A stretch of 64,000 nt of DNA from Vermamoeba vermiformis (Eukaryota), in the NCBI GenBank assembly GCA_045837725.1, contig JBEWZL010000109.1:372001-436000 (forward strand), written 5' to 3'. How positions within the stretch are numbered: the stretch's first letter is position 1; each line of letters begins with the position of its first letter. Below are positions 49,339 through 61,645 of the stretch, one piece after another. Both the position numbers and the translations under genes were made by a program. A model generated the notes under the pieces. That model was given only the letters and a program-made list of their open reading frames with translations, had not been told where the DNA came from and made no database searches.

Positions 49339-49814
49339 CATGGAAAATATGCGGTAAATAATTGTGTGAACTTGAATAATTCGTCCATTATTTTATTTAA
49401 TAGCCATTTACTGTCAAATGATAATCCTAATATTATAAAGCGTGCGTTACTTATTTCCAAAATATTTTATTAATTAAAAATCTTCGGTTGATCCAGCGAT
49501 TGACAAGCAAGAACGATACGCACAAATCTTTGAAGCTGTGAGAACGAACAAACGCATTAAAAAATTGCTACTTCGTTGCGAGTTACTTGGCGGGCCTACA
49601 GACTACGACTTGTACAAGTTTGCCAGTGCCCTTGAAGCAAATACATCACTCGAGACTTTAGTTTTACGAGGTAAAAAAACCATTTAAATTGCATTTATCA
49701 AGTTCTTAATAATTACGTGACTTATTAAGGGCCTTAACACTAACGTACCGCACGGATTTGCTGCGGTGTTGCAAGCATTGACTCAACACACCAAAACTGA
49801 CCGCATTTGAGTGT
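49339..49814 (+). pseudogene. Truncated 5' copy of the LRR-F-box gene
   Basis: Matches 55758-56239, has lost the exon-2 donor, and stops at the duplication breakpoint. Confidence 0.8.
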
Positions 49815-51168
49815 TCAACCCTTGAAAGAGTCTACGCCTGTGTTCTATAGTTCTAACCAGTTTGCTGGCCTTGCCCCAGTCCCGAACCATCATTTCGATC
49901 CCGGTACCAGTGAGCACTTGGGCTACTTTGACGTCATCAGCTAGCTACACGTCCTCACCGTATTATCATCGCGACGCCGTCCTCTATGCATACAATGTCA
50001 ATTCAATGCAGCGCGACGTCCTGGCACTGCCTAGTGAGCCACCGGATCCAGCTCCGTACGCCGGCACCGAGCCGAATTACTGCTCGTCTGGCACCCCTCT
50101 GCACGCGCAGTACATTCCGAAGCAGTCTTGGACGAACAACAATACACCAGCTCCAGCTCTTTACGGCCTTTCTAACATTGAAAGTGACGAGTCCCCTACT
50201 ACCCTTGCCCTTCAGAGGGTGCATGCTCCGAGTACCTGTCAACAGTGCAGCAGCAGTACACGCCACTGCAGTCCTGGGCAGGCACTGACACTCCTCAAGA
50301 AGAGCAATCTGAGCTCGACGCATATGATGCCGAGTTCAATACTGACTTGGAGGATGTAGACTTCCCTAATGCGTGCATTACGCTCTTGAATGCTACGCAC
50401 CACATCCCTCCGATGACCGGCGATATCGTAGCTCCAGCACAGTGGGAGAACGATACTCGTGACGCTTCATGGACTTGCTATGAAGTTCAGCAACGGATAC
50501 TTTAAAAACAACGCTGAGGCCCAAAGACTCGTAAGTTACTTTTGCCCGTACTCTAATGTCATATCTTTAACGTCGATTTGGTGGCCAGAGCAAAAAAAAA
50601 CAACCCAACGAAACCGAACCCAAGCTAGATCAAGCATGCTACACAAACTTCTCGTGTAGCCACTCGTTTGGCCAAATCGTAGTGAACGAGGCGATATTGT
50701 CGATGAGTAAGTTTTTACGAATAATCCTTCGAATAAATTTTAAATTATCGAGCAGAATGGAGTTTGCACTGGAACTCCTCCCGATGCCGTTTGGATTTGA
50801 CGAAGAGAACCCTTGGAAAGATGATTTCTGCGAGGGATCGTCAAGTTAACCAAAAAAATTTTGTCCGCGTTTTGCACGTTACTTTACGAATGCAAGAAGA
50901 TTGTCCCGCGATTCGATCTCGCTTAAATTCTGAGCCAAGCGATTAATGAATCACACCATGTACATTTTCGAAAAAAACCTGTAAAAATATTTATCTTTAT
51001 AAACCACGATACCCAGCCACCTCACCTACGAATTTCGGGCCATACTCAAATTTTCTGTTATATTTTTAGATAAAAATCGCTGTATCTTTACACTTTCAAG
51101 CAAAATGAACATGAACACCACCTTAAATTAAGGTCTATTAAAGTAGAAATGTGCTTTTATGCCACGCA

Positions 51169-53646
51169 ATGAAAATAGTTACAATTGATCTGATCTCGCT
51201 TATTATATTATTGCTTGCGAGGGCATGCATAAATATAGCATTGGAGCCTATTGTCACTTACGACGAAGCTCTTTCAATCGACCTACGAACAAAGGATTGC
51301 ACGATCACCGTTACAAAACCGGAAGAAGTTTCAAACATCGTTTCTTCAGCTCAACAAGGTAATATTTTATTTGAAAATTTAAGTTAATTTATATGACGCA
51401 CAAAACGCTCAGGGTAATCCTGATCAAGACAAATACACAAAAATTATTTTTATTTAATCAGTCCGAATTGATAATTATCCAGTTATTTACTAATATTATG
51501 GCAGTATATATTATCATTTCCTAATGTATTATTCAGGGGATGTAATTTGTTTGTTGCCTGGACTATTTTATCCGGCCCTCTCTTTGACGGAGAATCCTGC
51601 TCGAGCAAATACTACGGATTATATTATTATACGAGTGAATGATGTCAGTGTACTGCCACCACCTGGTATAAGGATATCCAATGCTTACGAAAGCGTTCTA
51701 CCTAAAATTGACGGCAGATCCGCTATCGAAGGAAGTACGTACCAAAAGAATATTACGTCATTGATACTATATAATAATAATACTAACATACTAAATATGG
51801 ACTATGTCTAACGTCGTTGTAAAACTGATCTGATAATTTGTTCTAAATATAGATGTGCATCACATTGCCTTTCTTGGAATCGATTTTTACGCGCAAGTGG
51901 CGAACGCCTTTAATATGGAACTAAGGCCTATCAATGCAACGAACGCGCCGCACCATATCATAATAGATCAGTGCCTATTTAGAAGTTCTGTTCTGTTAGT
52001 TTCGACGACTTTCTTCTCGGGCCAGTACATTGCGCTATTAAACTCGCATATTACAGGTAAAATAAATCAATATTTAATTCGTAGAAATTATTTGGCTAAT
52101 TTATTTTTTTTTGTAGCCGCTGCCTCTGTTGCTACGTATATCGCTGGCGGCTCTGTTATAAAGATCCAAAATAATTATTATGATTTTGAGGATGTGTTCT
52201 TAGACATACTATCATCCGTTGTGACCAACTCTGATATCGAGATCCGCTACAACAGATTCGAAAAGCGAGGACCGTAAGTACTCTGAAGTCTTACCTATTG
52301 CTATTAACATAACATTAGGACTATTAACTATTTTGGGTTTGTTTTATCCCTTTATGAACGAGTATTGATCGAGAATAACTTCATCGGTACGTGGCGCTCA
52401 TGATCCGCAAAACTTATTTAATTATTTCATTCAGCGCCTTCGAACTTGGACTTGAATATTTATAGCGACTTGATGTTGTTTATGAACGATATTGGGTCTT
52501 GCTATCAGCGAGATTTTATTTTTAGAAATAATTGGGTGGAAAACTTTGTGAGAGGTAATTTTTAGTTGAATCATTTATATTTAAGGATTACTAAAGGATA
52601 TTTTTCCAGGTTTCATTATTTATCCATCAACTAATTGGACTGGATCCGTTGCGACGGAGTACTCGATCCAAGATAATTTTTTGAAAGAAGGCAGTCACAT
52701 ACTTCCCTATACATCGGGTACGGCTATTAATTTTACTCAAAATACTGTCTTAAATGGGCGTGGCGCATTTTTTGCATTCATTGACCCAACGGATCTCAAT
52801 AACGTCAGTTTGAACTTTGAGCGGAATATTATTGAAGCAGGAGAGTACGGTCTCGGTACTACTAATTTTATTCCTATTGTGGATTTAATTGGACCACAAA
52901 ATTGGAATTGGCAAGATAATCTCGTAATTACAAGTACGTACAGACGAACTTTTCCAAATAATACTTTGCTGGAATATAACATGACCGACGTTGGTTTTGT
53001 TGATATGGAAAATGATAACTATAACTTGCTGCCATCGAGTAAATATAGTGCAGAGAATTATGGCGTGCAATTGGGCGTGGATATTTGCAAGTTAATTAAC
53101 ACTGCAAAGCTTAACATTGTCGTACCTGGCTGTCCACTAGATAGCGTTAATTTACAGCCAAACGAGGTTATAGAGATCACGACCGACGTTACCATAAATG
53201 GAAATCTTACAATGTACCCGAACTCGACGTTACAAGTGCCGTTCGATGACGGCAAACTTAACGTCTCGAACTGTGCAGATTTTGCGGGAATTTTAAGTTT
53301 GGTGAATACAGCAAACGTTGAAAATGGTACGGAGATTATTATAGCCTACTATGGATGCTATGGTGGAGGAGAATTCGACGAAATTTCATTGGTCGACGAA
53401 TCGGAAGATCCGTGTTTGTCAAAGTATGTCAAATTGACGTATGCACCAACGTCTTTATCAGCAACGATAACAATTGTCAACACATGCAACAACAATAATA
53501 ACAATACGCAACAATTGCCTGATTGGGCCATAGCAGTGATCGTTATCGGCATCTGTTTGGTGCTCGTGGTAATATTCATAGTCATTTCTGTGACAGTGCC
53601 TGCTGTTCGCCAAAAAGTTTTTCCGTTTGCTCCTCGACGCAAATGA
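51169..53646 (+). CDS. Beta-helix type I membrane protein, copy B
   Basis: Paralog of 44645-47191 with the same exon structure; tail VPAVRQKVFPFAPRRK. Confidence 0.75.
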
Positions 53647-53834
53647 GCCACTGTCGTTGTACAATTCTTGCGTAGGCCTGCTTAGAATTGGATCAGGCAC
53701 TTGGACGAGGATCGTACTTTCTCGGTTGTCGGCTAGTTAAAGTAAATATCTATATTTATTACTTAAACACTTGTAAAGTTATTTTTAATGTATTATTATG
53801 GAACAAGACTTAACAAAACGCGTTGTTATTTAGA

Positions 53835-55598
53835 TTAACGGATCGAAACGCTATTATTATTTGTTGTATCAGAATCGAGTTTTCGTATTTCTTTTGCAGC
53901 AATTATAAGGTACTTGTTACTTTGATGCATTCTCAAGATCTCGGTAAGTTCGTCTTTTGTAAAACGAGCGCCAAGAGCGATTAGCTTTTTTACGTTATTA
54001 GTATAATCCTGATAACCGTCTAAATTTAATTTGTTCACAAAAAAATAAAGAAATGAGCTGTTAGCATCTCTTGGACCTATTTGAAAGAATCAGTTAAATC
54101 AAACCGAAAATTTGTAGCATGATTGCGGTTACCTGGTTCTAATGACATCGTTAAAAACATCCGTTTTCTTTTATTCCTGCCAATATCACTCTTTGTAAAA
54201 GCTGACCGTCGGCGAGGGAAGTCCTCGGGTATTGTTGCGCCGCGATCCACAAGGAAATCAAATATTTCGAAATCGCTACACAGTAACGCGTAATCAACGA
54301 CGGTCATCTGTTTTATGTTGATTATTAGTATAACAATACCGACTTATGTTTCTATAGTCAGTTACTTACGTTTGCGAAAACATTCCGGATGTGCTTGGTG
54401 CTCGGAACAAATACTCCGCGTATACAGACCTCGTCTATTGGATGATTAATATCCCATTTATATTCTGGGTATAATTCTTGGAAGTAAAACAGTGTTTTGA
54501 GGTAAGATCCAGCTCCCGAGTTTTTGCCGTTCTCCTAACAAAGTATAAGAATACTTAAATAATACATTATAATCTACCTACGTTACGCCTAATGAAGTTA
54601 ACGATATCTCTTTTCTTATTCAATTCGATCAGTTTAACCCACGCGTGATCTTCGTACTTCTTGAAAAGCTCCAACACCAACAAAGTTGTTTTTCGTTCTG
54701 GACGTTGTTTAAGCTCGTTGATATCATCAGTTGGCTTAAGAAACTGATCGGCAATAAGGAACATGAAATCGATAATTCTTGGTTTCCTAGTAAGGAATTG
54801 TTCGTTCTCATGGCAGGCTACATCCGAAACAAAAGACTGAAACGATATTATTTAAAGCCATTAAATAGATCATACGTACACTTATTATAAAGGAAAGAAC
54901 CTTATCTGCATTAGCAGCGTCAATTTGTTCTAGCAGATTCGATCTGCCAAGTTGTTTTTGGAGTTCTGGATTGATAGGCCTTATTTGCTGTAGTATACTG
55001 TCGCATGTAATAGTAGGGAAATAAAATAGAAGCGATTCAGCATCGTTATTATTCACTGCAAGCTAGAAAGTTGAATTGGATCAGTGACAGTTCATTTGCG
55101 ATTTGTTACACAACCTCAAATAATAAAATCACAAGAAAAAACGTGTAGTATACATCATATCATTTCGTACCTTAGCATGATAATCGATGAATTTCCGCCG
55201 CACGCGAGACGCTGAATGCAGATTATGACAGGTAGATCTACAAATTTTGTTATTCAGTCAGCTTCGGAGCTTTAAAATACGGAATGTGTAATGATATTAT
55301 AGTAGCACCATTATTAGCTATCAGAACACTAATTGGTTGTTTTGAACTCGAATAATTAAACCGCAAAGAATCTTCTAAAATTACATTTGGCTAACCCGCA
55401 GTAATTAATTATTATACCTCGGTTACTATTATATACTTACGGCGAATGATCGAATACACATTTTTTAAAGACCAAATCTTCGTGTAATCGGTTGTGGAGA
55501 TCTTTACAGGTGAATAACAACGCTCCAAAGTCTAATAGATCGATGTATTTTGCATAATTATAGAATAATTCTGTTGGGACATTTAGTAGCGCTGCCAT
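53835..55598 (-). CDS. F-box-like N-terminus plus ankyrin-like helical protein, copy B (intact)
   Basis: MAALLNVPTELFYNYAKYIDLLDFGALLFTCKDLH; seven exons in frame; TVVDYALLCSDFEIFDFLVDRGA and VKKLIALGA. Confidence 0.7.
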
Positions 55599-55757
55599 TG
55601 TGGTAAGGGCCTGGGTAGTTCTAGAAAATTACGCCGTCGCATTTTTTTTAGTATTTGGCCACAAAGACAATAACTGAGCGAAAATTTATCGTATGCAATT
55701 AGATCACGACGCAACTCCTGGAAAATATATTGAATATTGCATAGCAACTCAAGCATC

Positions 55758-58446
55758 ATGGAAAATATGCGGTAATTAATTGTATCAACTTGAATAATTC
55801 GTCCATTATTTTATTTAATAGCCATTTGTTGTCAAATAATAATTCTAATATTTGTAATGCGTTTGCGCTACTTACGGAATATATTTTAATTTTTTTTAAT
55901 TTACAATTTTCGATCCAGCGATTGACAAGCAAGAACGATACGCACAAATCTTTGAAGCTGTGAGAACGAACAAACGCATTAAAAAATTGCTTCTTCGTTG
56001 CGAGTTACATGGCGGGCCGACAGACTACGACTTGTACAAGTTTGCCAGTGCCCTTGAAGCAAATACATCACTCGAGACTTTAGTTTTACGAGGTAAAAAT
56101 GCCAATTTAAATTGCATTTATCGAGTTATTAATAATTACGTAATTTAATTAAGGTCTTAACACTAACGTACCGCACGGATTTGCTGCAGTTTTGCAAGCA
56201 TTGACTCAACATACACCAAAACTTACCGCTTTTGAGTGTAGTAAGTATAAATAGGACTTTATTATATGGTTAATAATTAAATGACTATATTTAGCATCGC
56301 GTCCTGAGTTTGTACCGGCTGAATGGACTGCCTTGATCGAGTTCCTGCGGTCAAACACAACGTTAAAGACTCTTGACCTGTTTAACTGCCACTTGACCGA
56401 GGAACAATTAATCGAGTTAATGGACGTACTGAAGCATAATAGCGAAGTGAAGTTTCTTGATTTGGAAGGTACGGCAAAAACGCGGTATTTTTTCGCGGAA
56501 ATTTACTACTTCAGCCCTCATGCCCTAATACAATAATTTTCTATCTATCCGTTGGCATTTTACTAAATTATATATTACCGGATCGTTTGGTTAATATTTT
56601 TTTTAAATACTTCAAAAATGTTATTTTGGTGACAAGTCGCTAACGATCATCATATTGTATAGGCAGTGACCTTTCGTTCGCAAGTTTAATGGCCATTGCA
56701 CAGTTCGTGGCGAGCAGCACTACGTTGGAAGAACTCAGGATCAGCGAGTTGGATCTGACCAAAGATGAAGAAGCGCAATTAATAGCAATCATGCAAAACA
56801 ATACGAGCTTAGTGTTTGTTCCGCGAAATGTTGAGTTCCTCAACACAAGTCAATTTGTCGAAAGAAATCTTAAAGCCTGGCACGCAGCAGAGAAACAACG
56901 ACGAAAATTTGAATTCCCAGAAAAACCTCAACCATGGCAGCCAGTATTATTGCCTGATACTACGCACGAACCAGCTATTAAACAGCTCTCATCGGACATT
57001 TTGCGATTGATTCTGTGGCAACTCGATGTCCGGTCATTGTGCGCGTTTCGAAGAACAGATAGACAACACTACGCGTTCACGAAAAACAACATTTTTTGGC
57101 GTGATTATTACACAAAGTACTTCTCGTGCGTCCCTGGCGACGTATTTTTACTGACAGATTTGACGTACGGCATCAAACTTGCGAATGCTCGGACACCTGT
57201 TGAGGCCTTTGCAACGCCCTTGTGGGAAGAGATGTTGATCAATTCATTCCGTGCGCGTACTGTCAGTGCCAAGGACTATCCAACAAACTACTGCATTCCA
57301 TTTATGGAACCAGTGTACCGTCAATTTCCGCAGCTGATTGGTGCCACGGACAGCAGCGGCGAATTTACAGCCCTGCCTCCAAGCAGCGACTGGCACAAGA
57401 AAGGCTTGCCATACGCTTACACGTGGTTCTTGATCTACGCAAAGGGCTCAGCAGTCTACCACCTTGGCTTTGAAAAGTTGCACGATGGCCAGTACAACGG
57501 AATTTTGTTCTTCACGCAAGACTTTTCCGCTGCTTTTTCTGCGCGATTCGATTACATGTTATATATTTTTGAATGGTTTACGACCTACAGCGAAACAGAA
57601 TTTGCAGAAAAGTGCAAAGATTTGTGCCAGCTCTACTTGTGCACGCGAGAGACAAACAATTATGATAGGACTACAGCTCCATTCTACAAAGACGTCGAAA
57701 AAACCTTGCTGCAGCCAGCACTCAAAGCACGTGACAAATTGATTACTTCTCTCAACAGCATGATTGACTCAGCAGCGAAAGAATACTGCAGTACAAATAA
57801 TACTGTCAATATGACCCTGGTCGAAGATTTGATCAAACAGTTCAAAAGAGTGAGTGACTTGCCGGATTTGGACTTGGAGCGTGTACGCCAGTACATACCA
57901 AAGCGATCAAGTTTGAATGCAAAGTACGTGACCGACGACAATGTCACGTGTCACAATTTCACGACACATGATTGGGAGATTCCTGAACAGGCCAATAGGA
58001 TCCAATATAAAGCACCTAGACACCGAAAAAAAGCAAAAAAGCTGCCTCAAGTCGTACTCGCGAAGCTCTATCGAGTGGCACTGAACTTCATTCTGATGCC
58101 GGTACTCAAGACGTTTTGGCTGGATGACATTAATAATCCGGACTACGAAATTTATCCGTTTTTACGATGGTCCAAGGAGTCATTTGACACATTTAAAGAG
58201 CTGTATTATTCGTCAAGTTCCTATGTGCCCTTCGAACACATTTCAATTGGCAAAGCTTGTCCCGCACAATGGCCGATGATTGCTCTCGGATTGGCCAATC
58301 AAATCATGCCGTACATTATTGCTGCAATGAATGGTATTATGCAAGGTACTACGACAGATCTGGACAAGTTGGTTGTTGTTTTGGATCAAACCTTCATTCC
58401 ACAACGAATCAAATTTCATCTGCGGAAGATTGCTGAGGGCAAATAA
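55758..58446 (+). CDS. RI-like LRR + internal F-box + unknown C-terminal domain protein
   Basis: ALEANTSLETLVL, FLRSNTTLKTLDLFNC, VLKHNSEVKFLDL; F-box IKQLSSDILRLILWQLDVRSLCAFRRTDR..NNIFWR. Confidence 0.75.
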
Positions 58447-58682
58447 GAATGCGATAGTTGTTAATAAAACTAATCTCCATAGCACACTTTAGTCCGAGCA
58501 AATCCGAGACTAAATTTCCGGACATCGCTTGAAAAAAAAGAGTGCCACCACAAAAACTCTTTTCGCTCAAAATGAACTACCAAAATATTTGAATATAGAT
58601 CAGATTTATTGTCATGAGCTGCTTGAAACCATTCGCGAAGGAAACTCGTTTTCGATCGAATCCAGAGTAACTTTACTAATAT

Positions 58683-59178
58683 TTACAAGCGCTTCTGGGA
58701 CTTGATTTTGTTTCTAATTATCGATAGAACGCGGTCAGGATCTCTTGAAGAGAATCCCTTACGGATACTTTCGGATTTGGTTTTGATCACGATCGACACC
58801 GGTTTCTCCTTTCTACAATTTAGCCCGGATCTTTTCATATCTAAGGCCCACCATATATCCGACAAACCCATGCCTATACAATAGCAAATTAGCGATCGCG
58901 GCGTCAATTTCGGCTAATTAATTTTAAAATTTCCGAAGATAGTGTAATTTAACTTAATTGCTGTTCTTACCCCATCCTTTGTGTTCTATCCACTCGAGTC
59001 CTAGCTCTTTATTAGTGGTCACGTATGAAATATCTTCGTAGCGGATTCTCTTGGATAGAGCGAAGGGGAAGTAGTACCGATGAATAGTGACTCCTTGTTC
59101 ATCCAATGTTACATACTCGTCTTCGTACAGCAAGGTTAAAGGTTCAGAGTCACTATGGTGCGTCGCGTTGTTGCCCAT
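58683..59178 (-). CDS. Small conserved PH-like protein, possible N-myristoylation (MG)
   Basis: Two exons: YEDEYVTLDEQGVTIHRYYFPF..KGWG|MGLSDIWWALD..KGFS. Confidence 0.6.
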
Positions 59179-59797
59179 TTCGGATCAATTACAATTTTCC
59201 GGAACTGTTCTGTTGCTCACTATTGCTTAGAGGAATTGATTGAACTACTTTATGGAAGTTTTCTCTATTTATGCGTTGATTTGTGAGCTCAAAGCTACGA
59301 AAAATCGAAACAACGAACTCTGAGGAAAAGTTCCGAACAATTGGTTACAATCCTATTAAAATTAAGCTTGATATGCCGCTCTATCCATCTTTTGTTCGGA
59401 ACAATAATTGCGTTGAAGATCGAGGTCTGAGTACGAAACGTTGAAAGGTACATTGAGATCTGGCGCAGAGCCGATGAATTGGGTTTACTTATATTACAAC
59501 AGCCACTGCCTGACTGGTCATATTTACGTGCCACTTATCCATTCTTTGAGTAGTGCGCGGTCCACTGGTCCCAGGCACTAATACCCGATTTATTAAGGTT
59601 GACACGTGTCAACAACCACGGACGTCTTCCGAGCCCTCCGTCCTTTGTGGTTTTGCTATGACTCTGTCATCAAGTACTGATCGGTGACTTCTCGGTGACT
59701 CTTCAACGAAACAGTGCGCAGCTGTAATGGAACCTAGATCCTGATCCGGATCAAATTTTCATCACTCAGCTACAGCAATATATCCGCTTGCAATACT

Positions 59798-61550
59798 TTA
59801 ATTCGATTGTAGAACTTGATCTATCTTCTTGATTTCATCATAAGCAATGGCTAGGTGCTTGTAGGAGGGCATATCTCTGTTAGCCGCTACTTCACCCGGT
59901 TCAGAATTTGCAAATCTGGCACCATAGGCAACTAGTCTCTTAATATGCTCTGTACAGTCTATTGTTTGGTCTGAATATAATAAGTAATAATACAAAAATG
60001 AGGTATAGCCAAGATTTCCTCCTCTTTTCGCATTCGGATCTAAAAAAAAGTTAAAAAAAACTTTGACTGTCAGATCCGGTTTTTTAAACCTCTATTAAGA
60101 TTACCTGTTCCTAGTTCTAATAACCTGGTCTGAAACTTTTCCATATTCTTAAACCTTTCATAACTTAACCAAAGGTGCGGAAAGCCTTTAGTTAATTTTC
60201 CGCCGTAGTGCTCCACAATAAACTCTAACATTTCAAAATCTTTGACAGCTACTATATAATCTGTTACTGTCATCTATTTCCTAATTTAGTAATCCTATGT
60301 TTATCTCATCATTTACGTACATTAGTGAATTCTTCTGTAAGGTATTTGGTTCCGTTAATAAAGGTGCTACTGATGCAGACCTTGCCGATTGGATGATTGA
60401 CGTTAAATTTGTACTGAGGATACTTTTCTTGGAAATAAAATAGCGTGCGTAAGTATGGCTCAGCGCCTTTTAGGTACGGATGCGGCATGTTCTACCAAAA
60501 AAAAAATTAACTTAAGAGTATTATTAATAACTACTGACGTACTCTATTTAAATATGATTGGCTAATACTTTGTCGTTTTTTGTTTAGATCCGCGAGTTTA
60601 ACCCACGCGTGATCTTCATACTTTTTGAAAAGCTCCAACACCAACAAAGTTGTTTTTCGTTCTGGACGTTGTTTAAGCTCGTTGATATCATCAGTTGGCT
60701 TAAGAAACTGATCGCCAAGCATAAATAGCAGTTCTATAATTACTGCTGATTTCTTGTCGTCTGCGTCGCGTGGATAATAATCCTGCTTGATTGAGGGCAG
60801 ATCGGCAATAAAAGACTGATTTAAATTAATATTTATAACGTCAATAATATCACATACCTCTATGATAAATGCGAGGACTTTATCCGCGTCGACAGCGTCA
60901 ATTTGTTCGAGCAGATTCGCTCTGCCAAGTTTTTTTTGGAGCTCTGGGCTGACTGGCCTCAGTTGCTGGATTATACTATCGCACGCGAGAGTAGGAAAGT
61001 AGAATAATAGGGCATCTGGATCATTGTTTCGTAAAGCAAGCTAGAAAACGGATGTGATCAGTACTTTAGAAGCTTTAAGAAGTGTTCAGTTGATCTGTTA
61101 CAGGGAATTTTATCTTAATATATTAATATAATTACCTGCGCGTTATATTCAATAAACTTCCGCCGCACAGAAGACTTTGACTGAGGATTTTTAATGGTGA
61201 AACTAAAAGTTGTTAATAAATATAGAAATTAATGCTTTATTAATTAATAACCATACCAATAATTATTATAGTATAAATGTGCTTAAATATTTAACGTATA
61301 ATTGCAAGATTTTTGCAAGATCCTTCAGAAATGTAAAAATTGGTATAAATAATGGAGCACTGCTCAATTAAGTTGAATATATTTACACTTACGGCGACTG
61401 ATCAAACACAACTTTTTTAAAGACCAAATCTTCGTGCAATCGGTTGTGCAGATCTTTACAGGTGAACAGCAGAGCACCAAAGTCTAATAGATCAATATAC
61501 TTAGCATAATAATAAAACACTTCTGTCGGAACATTCACTAGCGATGCCAT
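59798..61550 (-). CDS. F-box/ankyrin-like gene, copy C (older paralog, intact)
   Basis: MASLVNVPTEVFYYYAKYIDLLDFGALLFTCKDLH; same seven-exon structure as copy B. Confidence 0.7.
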
Positions 61551-61645
61551 TTTGTGTTGACTTGCTTTCAATTTGAAATAAAATAAGAAAATATTATGAT
61601 ACTCCCAAAAAGGAAAAATCACGTGATTTTATTAGCGCCTAGATT

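Larger units (their letters stand above)
43713..56239. repeat. Tandem segmental duplication: unit A 43713-49814, filler 49815-50691, unit B 50692-56239
   Basis: Collinear, highly similar exons, introns and intergenic DNA; both units start CGATATTGTCGATGAGTAAG and end TTTGAGTGT. Confidence 0.95.

Noticed and set aside
49815-49830. piggyBac-like end (TTCAACCCTT)
   Set aside because: No TTAA target site, no matching inverted terminus and no transposase.
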